DNA of 31,191 nucleotides from Polyangiaceae bacterium (GCA_044222475.1 JBGANF010000097.1:1-31191), one strand, 5' to 3'. Shown: positions 15,874 to 25,886, counted from the first letter of the stretch. The notes: generated by a model from the letters alone, not told the origin. A program made the numbers and translations.

Positions 15874-16779
15874 ATGAGTCGCTTCCTTTGCGCTTTTCCC
15901 GTCGTGCTCGCATGCGTCGGCTGCGTCGGCGATTCGCCCAACACCCCTCCGGCGGACGCCGCCACGAACGACACCGCCACGAACGACACCGGCGGCGGTC
16001 CCGACGCCGCCGCCGACGCGCCGCCGTCCTTCGCCCCATCCGACTTCGGCCCGCGGCTCGTCCTCTGGCTCGACGCGAACGAGGCGTCGACCGTCACGAA
16101 GTCTGGCAACGACGTCACCGCGTGGGCCGACCGCTCGGGCAAGAACAACGGCGCGCTCGCCGGAGCTCGGCTCAACGGTGGCTCCATCACCACGACGACC
16201 TCGTCCGGAATCGGTGGGAAAGCCGCCCTCGCGTTCAACCTCGCGTCGATGAAGGTCAACTCGTCCACTTCGCTCGAGCTCGGCACCGGCGAGTTCCTCG
16301 TCGAGGTCGTCGCGCTCCTGACTCCGCAGGGCGACTTCGATCGGTACATCCTCGCGAAGTACAACGACAACGCCAAGGGCTTCGCGATGCTCGGCCCCGA
16401 CGCGACCCTCGCGATCAGCCCCAGCCCGTACCGGTTCGGCGCCTTCCTCGACTACAACGACAAGCCTCACGTCTCGCCGACGAACGCCCCGGTCGACGGG
16501 CAAGCATTCCGCGTCTACGGGATGCACCGACTCACCGCGACCACGCTCGAGGCGCGGGTGAACGGAGGCTCGACCGGACCGGTGACGGTGCCGAGCCAGA
16601 ACCTCACGAACGTCAACCCGCTGGTCATCGGTGCGTCGAGCTTCGTCGCACCGGGGCCCAACAACCCGCTCGCGTCGAGTCAGATCGCCGAGATCGTGAT
16701 GGTCTCCGGATCGGCGTCCACGAAAGAGGTCACGGACCTCGAGGACTACTTCAAGAAGAAGTACTCGCTCGCGTTCTGA
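15874..16779 (+). CDS. Lipoprotein with LamG/concanavalin A-like domain
   Basis: Signal ending CVGC; LVLWLDA, W.DRSG.NN, IAEIVMV, LEDYFKKKY; paralog of 29860-30747. Confidence 0.85.
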   Translation: MSRFLCAFPVVLACVGCVGDSPNTPPADAATNDTATNDTGGGPDAAADAPPSFAPSDFGPRLVLWLDANEASTVTKSGNDVTAWADRSGKNNGALAGARLNGGSITTTTSSGIGGKAALAFNLASMKVNSSTSLELGTGEFLVEVVALLTPQGDFDRYILAKYNDNAKGFAMLGPDATLAISPSPYRFGAFLDYNDKPHVSPTNAPVDGQAFRVYGMHRLTATTLEARVNGGSTGPVTVPSQNLTNVNPLVIGASSFVAPGPNNPLASSQIAEIVMVSGSASTKEVTDLEDYFKKKYSLAF

Positions 16780-16780
16780 C

Positions 16781-18235
16781 TTACTTCGCCGCCGAGTCCG
16801 CCCTGAGCCCCGCGGGCGCGTTGCCCGCCCCTTTGCCGGCGGCGCCCACGACGAAGATCACGCGCTTCGCATCCGCGATGGTGACGGCGCCGCCACCGAA
16901 CGTGACGTAGCCGTACGCGTCGCCGCCCGCGCCACCACCACCGTTGCCGCCGGCGCTGCCCGCAACACCGGGACCGCCAGTCGCGCCGCCCGCGAGCTGC
17001 TTGCTCGCGGTGAAGACGCAGCCGCACGCACCGCCGACCGGGCCGTTTCGTCCGCACGCCGTGTTGCAGGTCACTGCGCTCCCGGCCGCGCCGTTCGATC
17101 CTCCGGAACCGCCGCCGCCCGTCCCGCCGACCGATCCGGCCCCGCCGCCGGTGGAGGTGATTCGGCTGTAGTCCGCGATCAACTTGCCACCACCCGCGAC
17201 GTACGCTCCGACCGAAGCGCCTCCACCGTGCCCAGGCTTGCCGCCCGCGCCCGCGTTGCCGCCGCACCCGCACTTGCCCTTCTGACCTTGCAGGTTGGTC
17301 GCGATGCCGTTCACGCAGCTGTCGGACGATTGGCATTGGCCCGCGCACGGACCCACGCACGTGTCCGGCGTGCCGGTCGAACCGGCGGTGCCGTTGCTCC
17401 CGGCGGTGCCGTTCGAGCCGGCCGCTCCGTCGGCCGGGTGGAATCCGTCGATCGCATACGTGCCGCCGACGGCGCTGTCAGGACCGGCGCCGCCGTTGGC
17501 CGGCACGCTGCCTCCCGTGCAGGCCGCGAGGCCGTCGCAGGAGATCGTCCCCGTCGCCGCGGGCTGGGCCGATGATGCGCCGCCCGCGCCCGCCTTGCCC
17601 GCCACGACGTGAACCGCGGTGATCTTGAGCGAACCGTTGGGCTCGATGAAGACGCCGTACATGCTCTCGCCGCGCGCATCGGCGGGGCTGGCGCCTTGTC
17701 CCTTCGTCGTCAGTGTCAGGCCCTCGAGCTCGAACGGTCCGGCGACAGTTGCATACTGCACGCGAATACCGACGTTGGTCGGCGAGCTGATGACGGTCCG
17801 ATCGCGGAACCCCTCGGCGCAGTCCTTGGTCCACGTGAGGCCGGCCTTCTTCCATCCGCCGTGGACGCGGATGCCGGCTGCGGTCTCCTTGACGACGAGC
17901 TCGGTGGGCTCGACGTACGTGTCCTCGGCCACGTAGACGTCTTTGGATGCGCTCTGGATGGCGGCCGTGACCGCCTTGCCCACACTGGCGAAGGGCGCGA
18001 TCGTGGTTCCAGTCCCCGACGTGTCGTTCCCGTCCTTGCTGACGTAGATGCCCGTTGGCGACGGAGCTTCGTTCGCGTCGCACGGCGGCGGGACTTCGGG
18101 TCCCGCTTCGGGCAGCGTGTCACCGTCGATGGTGACGTCCGCGCCCGCGTCGGATGAGACGAACTCGTCGGTGCTGCACGCGAGAGCGAGGACGGAGAGC
18201 GCCAGCGCTAGGTGAAGGCTCGAAGACCGACGCAT
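16781..18235 (-). CDS. Gly-rich (PGRS-like) lipoprotein with DUF1565-like N-terminal region
   Basis: LALAC lipobox; IYVSKDGND...GT..APF.SV..A; long GxxG repeats. Confidence 0.85.
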   Translation of the reverse strand: MRRSSSLHLALALSVLALACSTDEFVSSDAGADVTIDGDTLPEAGPEVPPPCDANEAPSPTGIYVSKDGNDTSGTGTTIAPFASVGKAVTAAIQSASKDVYVAEDTYVEPTELVVKETAAGIRVHGGWKKAGLTWTKDCAEGFRDRTVISSPTNVGIRVQYATVAGPFELEGLTLTTKGQGASPADARGESMYGVFIEPNGSLKITAVHVVAGKAGAGGASSAQPAATGTISCDGLAACTGGSVPANGGAGPDSAVGGTYAIDGFHPADGAAGSNGTAGSNGTAGSTGTPDTCVGPCAGQCQSSDSCVNGIATNLQGQKGKCGCGGNAGAGGKPGHGGGASVGAYVAGGGKLIADYSRITSTGGGAGSVGGTGGGGSGGSNGAAGSAVTCNTACGRNGPVGGACGCVFTASKQLAGGATGGPGVAGSAGGNGGGGAGGDAYGYVTFGGGAVTIADAKRVIFVVGAAGKGAGNAPAGLRADSAAK

Positions 18236-18254
18236 GCCGGCATCATAGCCGACG

Positions 18255-18872
18255 TCAGCCCGGCGGTCGCACCGGGCCGTTTCGGGGGTGGAAATTGAAG
18301 GGGTAGTGCACCTTCGTCTCCACGCCGCGCGGGCTCGCTGCGAACGTGATCTTCTTGATGATCGCGCCGATGCACTTCCCGAGGTTCGCCTCGTGGATGT
18401 CGCTCTTGGAGTCGTCGATGGAGGTCTCGGTGACGACGCCCTTCGGATCGATCGTCCACTTGATGTCGATGTTGCCCTCGAGGCCGGGGTGATCCTTGAG
18501 CGCGGCGTCGTAGCAGGCGCGCGCTTCGTCGCGTCGGGTGCCGATGATCGTCTGGATGTCCTGCGGGCTGCGACCGGGATCGTGCACGCCGGGCACGAGG
18601 CCAGTCGCCCCGTCGCTCTTGCCGGCGTCGAACGAGGCCGTCGCCGTCGTCGTGGTCTCGAGCTTCGTCCCGGTGAGGTTGCCCCCGTCGGCGAGGGTCA
18701 CGGTGGTGGTCGTCGTCGGGCCGGTGTCGGCGGGCTCGCTCGCGCCGGCGTCGTCCGAGTTCGTCCCAGTGGGCGTCTTTGCGTCGGTCTGGCCGCCGCC
18801 GCAGGCGACCGCGATCGAGCCGGAGAAGAGCGCAGCGGTGAGGAGCACGAAGCGATGGCGGGGGAAATTCAT
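18255..18872 (-). CDS. Lipoprotein with AgmX/PglI (TonB-C-like) C-terminal domain
   Basis: IAVAC lipobox; ARACYDAALKDHPGLEGNIDIKWTIDPKG...C....KKITF...YPFNF. Confidence 0.85.
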   Translation of the reverse strand: MNFPRHRFVLLTAALFSGSIAVACGGGQTDAKTPTGTNSDDAGASEPADTGPTTTTTVTLADGGNLTGTKLETTTTATASFDAGKSDGATGLVPGVHDPGRSPQDIQTIIGTRRDEARACYDAALKDHPGLEGNIDIKWTIDPKGVVTETSIDDSKSDIHEANLGKCIGAIIKKITFAASPRGVETKVHYPFNFHPRNGPVRPPG

Positions 18873-18932
18873 GGCGGCCCGAGCCTATCACCCTTCTCGA
18901 CGAGAGGTATTCGGCGTGCTTCGATCGGGGAG

Positions 18933-20405
18933 GTGCCATCCTCTCCGGAGATCCCCAACCTCGGCCGCGCCGGCGCGTACGAGCTCCTCGTCGAGCTCGC
19001 GTCCGGTGGCATGGCGACGGTGTATCTCTCGCGCGGTCCGGGCGAGAAGGGGACGCTCGTCGCGGTGAAGCGGCCGCACCGTCACCTCGCGAAGGACTCC
19101 ACGTTCACCGCGATGTTCTCCGACGAGGCGCGGCTCGCCTCCGCGATCGATCACCCGAACGTCGTGCGCGTGCGAGAGCTCGGGTTCGACGGCGCGCCGG
19201 GTCCGAAAGGGCCGGTGCCCGAGCCGTTCCTCGTGATGGACTACGTCGAGGGCGCGAGTCTCTCCGACTTGCGCAAGGAGCTCGCGGCCGCCGGGCGCGC
19301 GGTGCCTACGCGCGTCGCGGTGCGCATCGCGATCGACGCGCTCGCCGGGCTTCACGCCGCGCACGTGCTCAAAGACGAGAACGGCAAGCACCTCCAGATC
19401 GTCCACCGCGACGTGAGCCCGCACAACGTGCTGGTCGGCGCCGATGGCACGTCGCGGTTGACCGACTTCGGGATCGCGAAGGCGGAAGATCGCGTGCAAG
19501 TTACACGAACTCACGAGGTGAAGGGCAAGCTCGCGTACCTCGCGCCCGAGCGCGTCGACCGTCGGAGGACGTGCACCGTTCAGAGCGACGTCTTCTCGAT
19601 GGCGGTCGTGCTCTGGGAGTGCCTCGCGGGGCGCCGTCTGTTCCGCGGCGACGAAGCGCTCGACACCCTCGAAGAGGTGATGAACGCCCCGATCCCGCGC
19701 TTGCGTCAGCTCGGCGCCGACGTTCCGGTCGCGTTCGACGAAGCGCTGGCCAAAGGGCTCGAGCGGGATCTCGAGCGGCGATGGAAGACCGCGGACGAGC
19801 TCAAGAACGCGCTCGAACGCGCGGCGCCGAAGTGCGTCGGCACGACCGAAGAGGTCGCCCGGCTCATCGAAGCGGTCTTCGGCGCGCGACTGCGCGTTCG
19901 CCACCAGAGCATTCGCGCCGCCCTCGGTGACCAAGAGGCGTCGGACATCTTCGCGCGGAGTCAGCTGCCCGAGCGTCCGGTGCCCCGTGCGGAGTCGCTC
20001 GTGCCCGAGGCTTCGCTCCTCGCGCGCATCGCGCCCGAAGCGCCGAGCGGTCGCTACGTCCTCGGCTCGCTTCCGCCGGTCACGAAAGAGCGCCCGCGGT
20101 GGGCGATGCCGATCGTGATCGGCAGCGTCGTCGGTCTCACGCTCGGGACGGTCGGGCTCCTCGTCATGACGACCGGCACCGAGCCGCGCATCCTCAGCGC
20201 TCGGGTGAAGCCGATCGCGTCGGCGAGCGCGTCGGAGCTCGCGTCCGTGCCGCCGCCGCCGTCGGCGAGCGCCGATCCGAGCAGCGTCGCGACGGTGGAC
20301 ACCGCCCCACCGATCGATCTCGACGTCGACGCGGGACGTCGCGCGCCCGGCACGAGGCCCCGCCCGATCGGCACCGTTCGCAACGGGTTCACGAAGCTGA
20401 AATGA
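18933..20405 (+). CDS. Membrane-anchored Ser/Thr protein kinase
   Basis: LASGGMATVY, VAVK, HRDVSPHN, DFG, GKLAYLAPE, SDVFS; one TM segment near the C-terminus; start (GTG 18933) uncertain. Confidence 0.92.
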   Translation: MPSSPEIPNLGRAGAYELLVELASGGMATVYLSRGPGEKGTLVAVKRPHRHLAKDSTFTAMFSDEARLASAIDHPNVVRVRELGFDGAPGPKGPVPEPFLVMDYVEGASLSDLRKELAAAGRAVPTRVAVRIAIDALAGLHAAHVLKDENGKHLQIVHRDVSPHNVLVGADGTSRLTDFGIAKAEDRVQVTRTHEVKGKLAYLAPERVDRRRTCTVQSDVFSMAVVLWECLAGRRLFRGDEALDTLEEVMNAPIPRLRQLGADVPVAFDEALAKGLERDLERRWKTADELKNALERAAPKCVGTTEEVARLIEAVFGARLRVRHQSIRAALGDQEASDIFARSQLPERPVPRAESLVPEASLLARIAPEAPSGRYVLGSLPPVTKERPRWAMPIVIGSVVGLTLGTVGLLVMTTGTEPRILSARVKPIASASASELASVPPPPSASADPSSVATVDTAPPIDLDVDAGRRAPGTRPRPIGTVRNGFTKLK

Positions 20406-20851
20406 GGCGCGCGCTCGCTCTGGTCGTCTTGATCCTAGGCGCGTTCGCCGTCGCGGTCGCGTGCAGCGAGCAGCCCACGGCGCAGTCCTGCCGCAACGTG
20501 CCCGACGGAGGATGTCCCCTCGCGTACGGAAAGGCGTGCGACGACCCCGCGTGCGCGGCCGCGTACGCGTGCTTGCCGAACGGCACGTGGCAGCTCGATC
20601 ACACGTGCCCGCCGCGCGACGCGTCGAGCGAAGCGCCGCCGCCTCCGTCCGACGCCGGCGCCAAGGACGTCGACCTGGACGTCCCTGGCGCGTTCGGTGG
20701 GCCGGGGTGCGCGCCACTCCAGCCGCCGGATTGTCCGTATGGGACCGCGGCGACGTGCCCGCAGGGGTGCTGTGGTTGCGAGGACCTGTTCGTGTGTCGC
20801 GACGGAGGGTGGAACATCTACGCCGCGTGCGTGGACGGGGCGATCAACTAA
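20402..20851 (+). CDS. Cys-rich lipoprotein
   Basis: ATGA overlap with the kinase stop; AVAC lipobox; two Cys-rich blocks. Confidence 0.8.
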   Translation: MRRALALVVLILGAFAVAVACSEQPTAQSCRNVPDGGCPLAYGKACDDPACAAAYACLPNGTWQLDHTCPPRDASSEAPPPPSDAGAKDVDLDVPGAFGGPGCAPLQPPDCPYGTAATCPQGCCGCEDLFVCRDGGWNIYAACVDGAIN

Positions 20852-22955
20852 TCTCGGTGCCTCGAGCACGCTCGATCACGGAGACGAGATCCTCGAGGCG
20901 ATAGGGCTTGCGCAAGAACCCCTGGATGGCGTGCTGCTGAAGCTCGTGCTCGGACTCCGCGTCGAGGTACCCCGACGAGAGGATGATCGGAACGGAGTCG
21001 TTGCGTGCGCGAAGCTCACGGATGACCTCGAGGCCGTCCATGTCGGCCATCGTGAGGTCGAGCAAGACGACATCGACGTCTCGAGCCTCCAACCGCGCGA
21101 GGCCGGCCGCGCCGCCCTCGGCTTCGCTCACCGAGTAGCCGCGCAACGAGAGCACGCGCCGGACGTGCTCTCGCACGATGCGCTCGTCGTCGATGACCAG
21201 CACGCGGCAGGGCACCGTCGCGACATCGGCAGCGCGCGCCGTACGCACGTCGGCGTGATCGAGCGCCGGCAGTACGATCGAGAACCGTGAGCCGCGGCCT
21301 CGCTCACTCTCCACGACGATCGCCCCTTTGTGCGCTCGGACGATGCCGAGGCATGCGGCGAGGCCCAGGCCGTGCCCTCGAGGCTTCGTCGAGAAGAAGG
21401 GCTCGAACACGCGCAGCCTCGTCGCTTCATCCATCCCGACACCGGTGTCGCTGACCTCGATGAGGAGCCACTTCCCCGGGTCGATCGTAGCCCCCAACGC
21501 GTCGTCCCAGCGCGCATCGAGCTGGTCCGTGTGGCGGGTTCGTATCGTGATCTTGCCGGGCTTCTCGGCCAGGGCGTCCGACGCGTTCGTGAGCAGGTTC
21601 ATGAACACTTGAGCGAGCGTCGAACGATCGCCCATCACGAGACTGCGCGGCGCGAGCGACAGCTCGACCTCGGCCTTCTTCGAGAGCGTAGCGCCGAGCA
21701 TCTGGTGGAGCTCGGAGAGGAGCACCGCGAGATCGACGGGCTCCTCGGTCCGTGCATGGCCTCGGCCGGCGTACGCGAGCATCTGCCGGGTGAGCTCGGC
21801 CGCGCGTTCGCCGGCTTTGCGGATCGTCATCGCGCACTCACGGTCCTCTGGGTCGACCAGCGAGAGCGACAGCAGCTCCGCGTTCCCCATGATCGCGACG
21901 AGCAAGTTGTTGAAGTCGTGGGCGATGCCACCGGCGAGCACGCCGAGGCTCTCGAGCCGTTGGCTCCGTTGCAGCTGTTGATCGAGCCTGCTCCGCTCGG
22001 CCTCGAGCTGGCGCTTGGGCCTGAGGTCGCGGATCCCGGCGACTCGAACCGGTTCGCCGTCGAGCGTCGCCACGACGCCGAAGACCTCGACGGGGACGAC
22101 CTCGCCGCGCACGTCGACGAGTGCGGACTCGTAAGAGCCCACCCGGTTCTCCTGGATGACGCGATCGGTGAGCTCTCTGGCGGCCGGCGCCACCAACTCC
22201 ACGATCTTGCGGCCTACGAGGTCTTCCGGCTTCGAGCCGAGCAGCGCTTCGACGCGGCCGCCCACCTGGATGATGACTCCGTCGGTCGAAGTCACGAACA
22301 TGTCGAAGACCGAGGCCGCGAGCTCGCGCAGCCGGTCCTCGCTCTCGCGCAGCAGCGCGTGAGTCTTCTCTCGCGCGGTGACGTCACGTACCGCGACGAT
22401 GCGCACGGGCCGCGCTCCGAGCCGTCCTTGCTTCGACAAGAGCTCGGCGCGGAAGCGCGACCCGTCCTTGCGCACGCCGGTGATCGTGTAGTCCCCCTCC
22501 ACCCGATCGCGCATGCGCTGCAGCACGGACGGGAGGTCCTCCGGCGCGACGCACCGGCGCAGCGTCTGGTCGCCGAGGATCTCGTTCTCGTGCCAGCCGA
22601 GCATCTCGGTGAGCCGATGGTTGGCGTCGATCACGACGCCATCGACGTGGACGAGGATCCCCTCGAAGGAAGCCGCCGAGAGCATCTCGAGCCGCTCGGA
22701 GAGCCGGTCGCGCTCCTCGGCTTCGACTTCGCGAGTGAGCGCAGCGACGAGCGCGGCTCTCACGAGCGCCTCGAGCTCGGGGGTCCGGCGATCGACTGGC
22801 GCACCGATGGCCAACCGCCGATCGCCCACGACGACCTCGAACCAGGGCTCACCCCCCTCGTGGCGAGAGACCCCGTGCGGGGAGAGCAGCTCGAACACGC
22901 GTCCGACGACCGTGGACGCGGGCTCGTTCGCGAGCGCAGCGATCAGCGAGAGCAT
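20844..22955 (-). CDS. Hybrid sensor histidine kinase (2 PAS, HisKA, HATPase, REC)
   Basis: PAS motifs (RKDGSRF, VRDVT); H-box GGIAHDFNNLL; NLLTNA, DTGVGM, FEPFFSTK..G.GLGL; receiver DDE...DLTM...KPY. Confidence 0.95.
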   Translation of the reverse strand: MLSLIAALANEPASTVVGRVFELLSPHGVSRHEGGEPWFEVVVGDRRLAIGAPVDRRTPELEALVRAALVAALTREVEAEERDRLSERLEMLSAASFEGILVHVDGVVIDANHRLTEMLGWHENEILGDQTLRRCVAPEDLPSVLQRMRDRVEGDYTITGVRKDGSRFRAELLSKQGRLGARPVRIVAVRDVTAREKTHALLRESEDRLRELAASVFDMFVTSTDGVIIQVGGRVEALLGSKPEDLVGRKIVELVAPAARELTDRVIQENRVGSYESALVDVRGEVVPVEVFGVVATLDGEPVRVAGIRDLRPKRQLEAERSRLDQQLQRSQRLESLGVLAGGIAHDFNNLLVAIMGNAELLSLSLVDPEDRECAMTIRKAGERAAELTRQMLAYAGRGHARTEEPVDLAVLLSELHQMLGATLSKKAEVELSLAPRSLVMGDRSTLAQVFMNLLTNASDALAEKPGKITIRTRHTDQLDARWDDALGATIDPGKWLLIEVSDTGVGMDEATRLRVFEPFFSTKPRGHGLGLAACLGIVRAHKGAIVVESERGRGSRFSIVLPALDHADVRTARAADVATVPCRVLVIDDERIVREHVRRVLSLRGYSVSEAEGGAAGLARLEARDVDVVLLDLTMADMDGLEVIRELRARNDSVPIILSSGYLDAESEHELQQHAIQGFLRKPYRLEDLVSVIERARGTEIS

Positions 22956-22967
22956 CCGCGCACGCGC

Positions 22968-23546
22968 TCAGCTCGCTTCTGCCAGAAACGGCTCCCACTC
23001 GCGGAAGCGCGAGCCTCCGCCGAGGAGGATCTGCGCCGACATCGACCACTTCGGGCGGAAGGGACGACGGAGGAGGCGCATGTTCGCCTCGTCCGGGGTC
23101 TTCCAACCCTTGCGGAGGTTGCAGACGCGGCACGCCGTCACGAGGTTCTCCCACGAGTCACCACCGCCGCGCGAACGCGGGACGACGTGATCGATGTTGA
23201 GATCCCGGATGGGCGGGCGCTTCGAGCAGTACTGACACTGGTGCGCATCGCGCAGCATGATGTTGCGCCGCGTGAGGCGCACCGTCGCGCGGGGCTTGCG
23301 GTCGTAGCGCGCGAGGTGGAGCACGCGCGGGACACGGAGGCAGCCGCCCACGATGGGGAGCGGGTCGTCCTCCAAGCGCACCGGCAGCGAGCGCCAACGC
23401 TCGAAGTCGTACGCCTCGCCGATTTCGTCGATGGCCTGGGCCGCACCTCCGTAGAGGAGAACGAAGCCGCGTTTCGCCGTCGTCACTTGGACTGGCTCGA
23501 ACCACCGATTCAGCACGAGGATTGGTTTTGAAAGCACATCCGTCAT
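22968..23546 (-). CDS. HNH endonuclease (McrA/HNH_5-like)
   Basis: ILVLN, RRNIMLRD..QCQYC, NIDHVVPRSRGG.DSWENLVTACRVCNLRKG. Confidence 0.93.
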   Translation of the reverse strand: MTDVLSKPILVLNRWFEPVQVTTAKRGFVLLYGGAAQAIDEIGEAYDFERWRSLPVRLEDDPLPIVGGCLRVPRVLHLARYDRKPRATVRLTRRNIMLRDAHQCQYCSKRPPIRDLNIDHVVPRSRGGGDSWENLVTACRVCNLRKGWKTPDEANMRLLRRPFRPKWSMSAQILLGGGSRFREWEPFLAEAS

Positions 23547-23624
23547 CGCGCACCGTGAAAGATAGCACAAAGCGGCCGGTTGACCGCCAGGAGGGGGGAG
23601 CTACTCTTGTTCCTTGGATCCTCC

Positions 23625-24200
23625 ATGAGCGAAGAGACGAACGACCCCGGCGAAAGCGGACCGAAGACTGACGAGCCGGGCGTTGCTCTTCCATCACGGC
23701 GACGCGGTCGCGTCGTCGCGCGCGGGCCGGCTTCGAGCCCCGCCCTCGTCGTCGGGCTCGTCATGGCCGCCAGCGCCATCGTCGCGCTCGTCCTCACCTT
23801 CATGAAGGACAACACCATCTACGTGAAGCCCGCGGACGAGCTGGTGAAGAACCAGGCCAAGTTCGTCGGGCGGTCCGTACGCGTCGAGGGCAACCTCGTC
23901 CACGGCACGCTCCAGCGCCGCGAGTCGCCGTGCGAGTACCGCTTCACGATCACCAAGAACGGCGTCGACGTACCCGTTCGGTACGCCGGCTGCGTCGTCC
24001 CGGACACCTTCCGCGACGTCCCAGGGATGGACGTCGGCGTCACGGTCCAGGGCGAGCTCCAGAAGGACGGCTCGTTCGAGGCGACCGAAGTGCTCGCCAA
24101 GTGCCCGAGCAAGTACGAGATGAAACAGAAGCAGGCCGCCGGCGAGCAGATGCCGCACAGCCCGCTCGACACGCCGAGCGGAGCCAACAGCGGTTACTGA
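23625..24200 (+). CDS. ccmE: Cytochrome c maturation heme chaperone CcmE, CxxxY variant
   Basis: N-terminal TM; VRVEG.L..G; V.Y.G..PDTF; V.V.G...F.A..VLAKCPSKY. Confidence 0.92.
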   Translation: MSEETNDPGESGPKTDEPGVALPSRRRGRVVARGPASSPALVVGLVMAASAIVALVLTFMKDNTIYVKPADELVKNQAKFVGRSVRVEGNLVHGTLQRRESPCEYRFTITKNGVDVPVRYAGCVVPDTFRDVPGMDVGVTVQGELQKDGSFEATEVLAKCPSKYEMKQKQAAGEQMPHSPLDTPSGANSGY

Positions 24201-24772
24201 TGGCGCTGCCGGTTCCGTGGATGGTGGACTTCGCGGTTCGCGCCGGGCTTCGCTACGAGCCCGACGCCGACGAGCGTTGGATTCGCGTCTGGGAACCGTA
24301 CGCCACGCTCAAGACGCCGATCCGCTACGAGCACGCGCTCCACGGCACCGGGACGTCGAGCGCGATCACGATCGCGCGGATGATCCTCTCGCCGCGTCCC
24401 GGCTTCGCCATCGGTGACGAAGCGTGGATCGCGATCGGCCAAGACGAACGCCTCACCGGCAAAGCCGCGGCCTCGTCCGACGCGGGGCCGCTCTTTCGTG
24501 ACGTCGCGGTGCCGCTTCCGCGACAGCGCACCGGTGACGCCGCGTACGACGCCGTGTTCGCTTGCTACGGAGAGACCGAAGAGGCGGTGCGTGAGGCGAT
24601 CTCGCCGAGCCTGCGCAAGCTCACCCTCGGGTGGCGCGCGCCCGTTCACTTCGAGCTGCGGACCGGCGGCTTCGTGCTCTGTCCCGTCGCGCTCAAGCCG
24701 GATCCGGCGTCGCTCTCGTGGCTCGTCGAGGCGTCCCGCGTGTTCGCCGAAAAAGCGGCAAAGCGGGGCTGA
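24200..24772 (+). CDS. Hypothetical protein (190 aa)
   Basis: TGATG overlap with ccmE; protein-like composition; TGDAAYDAVF motif. Confidence 0.75.
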   Translation: MALPVPWMVDFAVRAGLRYEPDADERWIRVWEPYATLKTPIRYEHALHGTGTSSAITIARMILSPRPGFAIGDEAWIAIGQDERLTGKAAASSDAGPLFRDVAVPLPRQRTGDAAYDAVFACYGETEEAVREAISPSLRKLTLGWRAPVHFELRTGGFVLCPVALKPDPASLSWLVEASRVFAEKAAKRG

Positions 24773-24796
24773 CTGCCCTATCCTGGGCGCCGATTC

Positions 24797-25672
24797 ATGG
24801 CTTCCAAGACCAAACTTACCGCCGTGGCGCTGCTCCTCGGAACCGCGCTCGCCGTCCCGGCCATCGCCCAGACGGGGACCGTCACCCAGTACGCCGCGTG
24901 TCCCGACCCGCCGCCGAAGATGTCGCAGGCCGAGCAGGACGCGGCCCACGTCGTGTTCCTCGCGGGCAAGGTCGCCTACGACGAGGGCGACTACGCGAAG
25001 GCGGTCGACTCGTTCAAGGATGCCTACCGGCGCGATTGCAGCAAGACCGCGCTCCTCAACTTCATCGCGCGCGCGTACGAGGCCAAGGGCGACAAGGCCG
25101 AGGCAGTGAACGCGCTCGAGACGTACCTCAAGCGGAACCCGAAGGCCGAAGACGCCGAGTCGGTGCGACGTCGCATCGAGAACCTCAAGGCGCAGATCGC
25201 CGCCCAGCCGACGGCAACCGCGACCACGACGGCGACGGCGACCAGCACGGGCACCGCCACGGCGCCGACCGCGACCGGCACCGGCACCGCCGCTCCACCC
25301 GAGCGGGGCCACACCGCGGGACCGTGGGTCGTCGTGGGAGTCGGTGGCGCGGCGGTGATCCCCGGCATCATCCTCACCATCGTCGGTCAGGGCGACTACA
25401 AGTCGGCGTCGGCAGGTTGCAACCGGGACCCGAACGGCAACCTGATCCCCTCCGGCACCTGCGATCCGAAGACGGTCACGCCCGCGCAAGACAAGGGGCT
25501 GCTCGTTCGCGGCATCGGCATCGGCATCCTCGCTGGCGGCGTCGCGCTCATCGCGGGCGGGCTCATCTGGCACTTCCTCGAGCCGACGGGCCCGGTGAAG
25601 GAAGGCAAGATTCGGCTCTCGCCGGTGTGGCAGCCGGGATACGCCGGTTTGGATCTCACCGGCGCGTTCTGA
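24797..25672 (+). CDS. Secreted TPR protein with Thr-rich linker and C-terminal hydrophobic segments
   Basis: Signal peptide; GKVAYDEGDYAKAVDSFKDAY...LLNFIARAYE...AVNALETYL. Confidence 0.88.
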   Translation: MASKTKLTAVALLLGTALAVPAIAQTGTVTQYAACPDPPPKMSQAEQDAAHVVFLAGKVAYDEGDYAKAVDSFKDAYRRDCSKTALLNFIARAYEAKGDKAEAVNALETYLKRNPKAEDAESVRRRIENLKAQIAAQPTATATTTATATSTGTATAPTATGTGTAAPPERGHTAGPWVVVGVGGAAVIPGIILTIVGQGDYKSASAGCNRDPNGNLIPSGTCDPKTVTPAQDKGLLVRGIGIGILAGGVALIAGGLIWHFLEPTGPVKEGKIRLSPVWQPGYAGLDLTGAF

Positions 25673-25679
25673 GATCTCG

Positions 25680-25886
25680 CATGGCGCCCCGGACTGAAGT
25701 CCGGGGCAGCAACGAATCCATTGCCGGACTCGCCCAAAGTCCGCCCAAGAGGGCGGACTCTCGATGCCATGGGTATCCCAACTTGGTACATGAGAGCGGC
25801 ACTATGAGCCCGCCCTCCTGGGCGGGCTTTGGATGGGAATGGCACCGAGATCGTTGCTGCCCCGGACTTCAGTCCGGGGCGCCATG
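25680..25886. repeat. REP/REPIN- or MITE-like nested inverted-repeat element
   Basis: Perfect 36-bp inverted arms (25680-25715, 25851-25886), each containing a GCCCCGGAC-N4-GTCCGGGGC hairpin; inner 27-bp arms with 3 mismatches. Confidence 0.85.

Noticed and set aside
18288..18932. N-terminal extension of the kinase ORF (705 aa)
   Set aside because: Antisense to the AgmX/PglI-domain gene; kinase motifs begin only after about 18970.
21330..23531. 733-aa plus-strand ORF (similarly 18888-20717, 24194-25573, 28188-29810)
   Set aside because: Antisense shadows of genes with clear motifs on the opposite strand.
22968..23546. HNH as a defence island, homing endonuclease or IscB/Cas9-like nuclease
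   Set aside because: Short stand-alone HNH with no RuvC motifs, methylase, intron context or flanking repeats.
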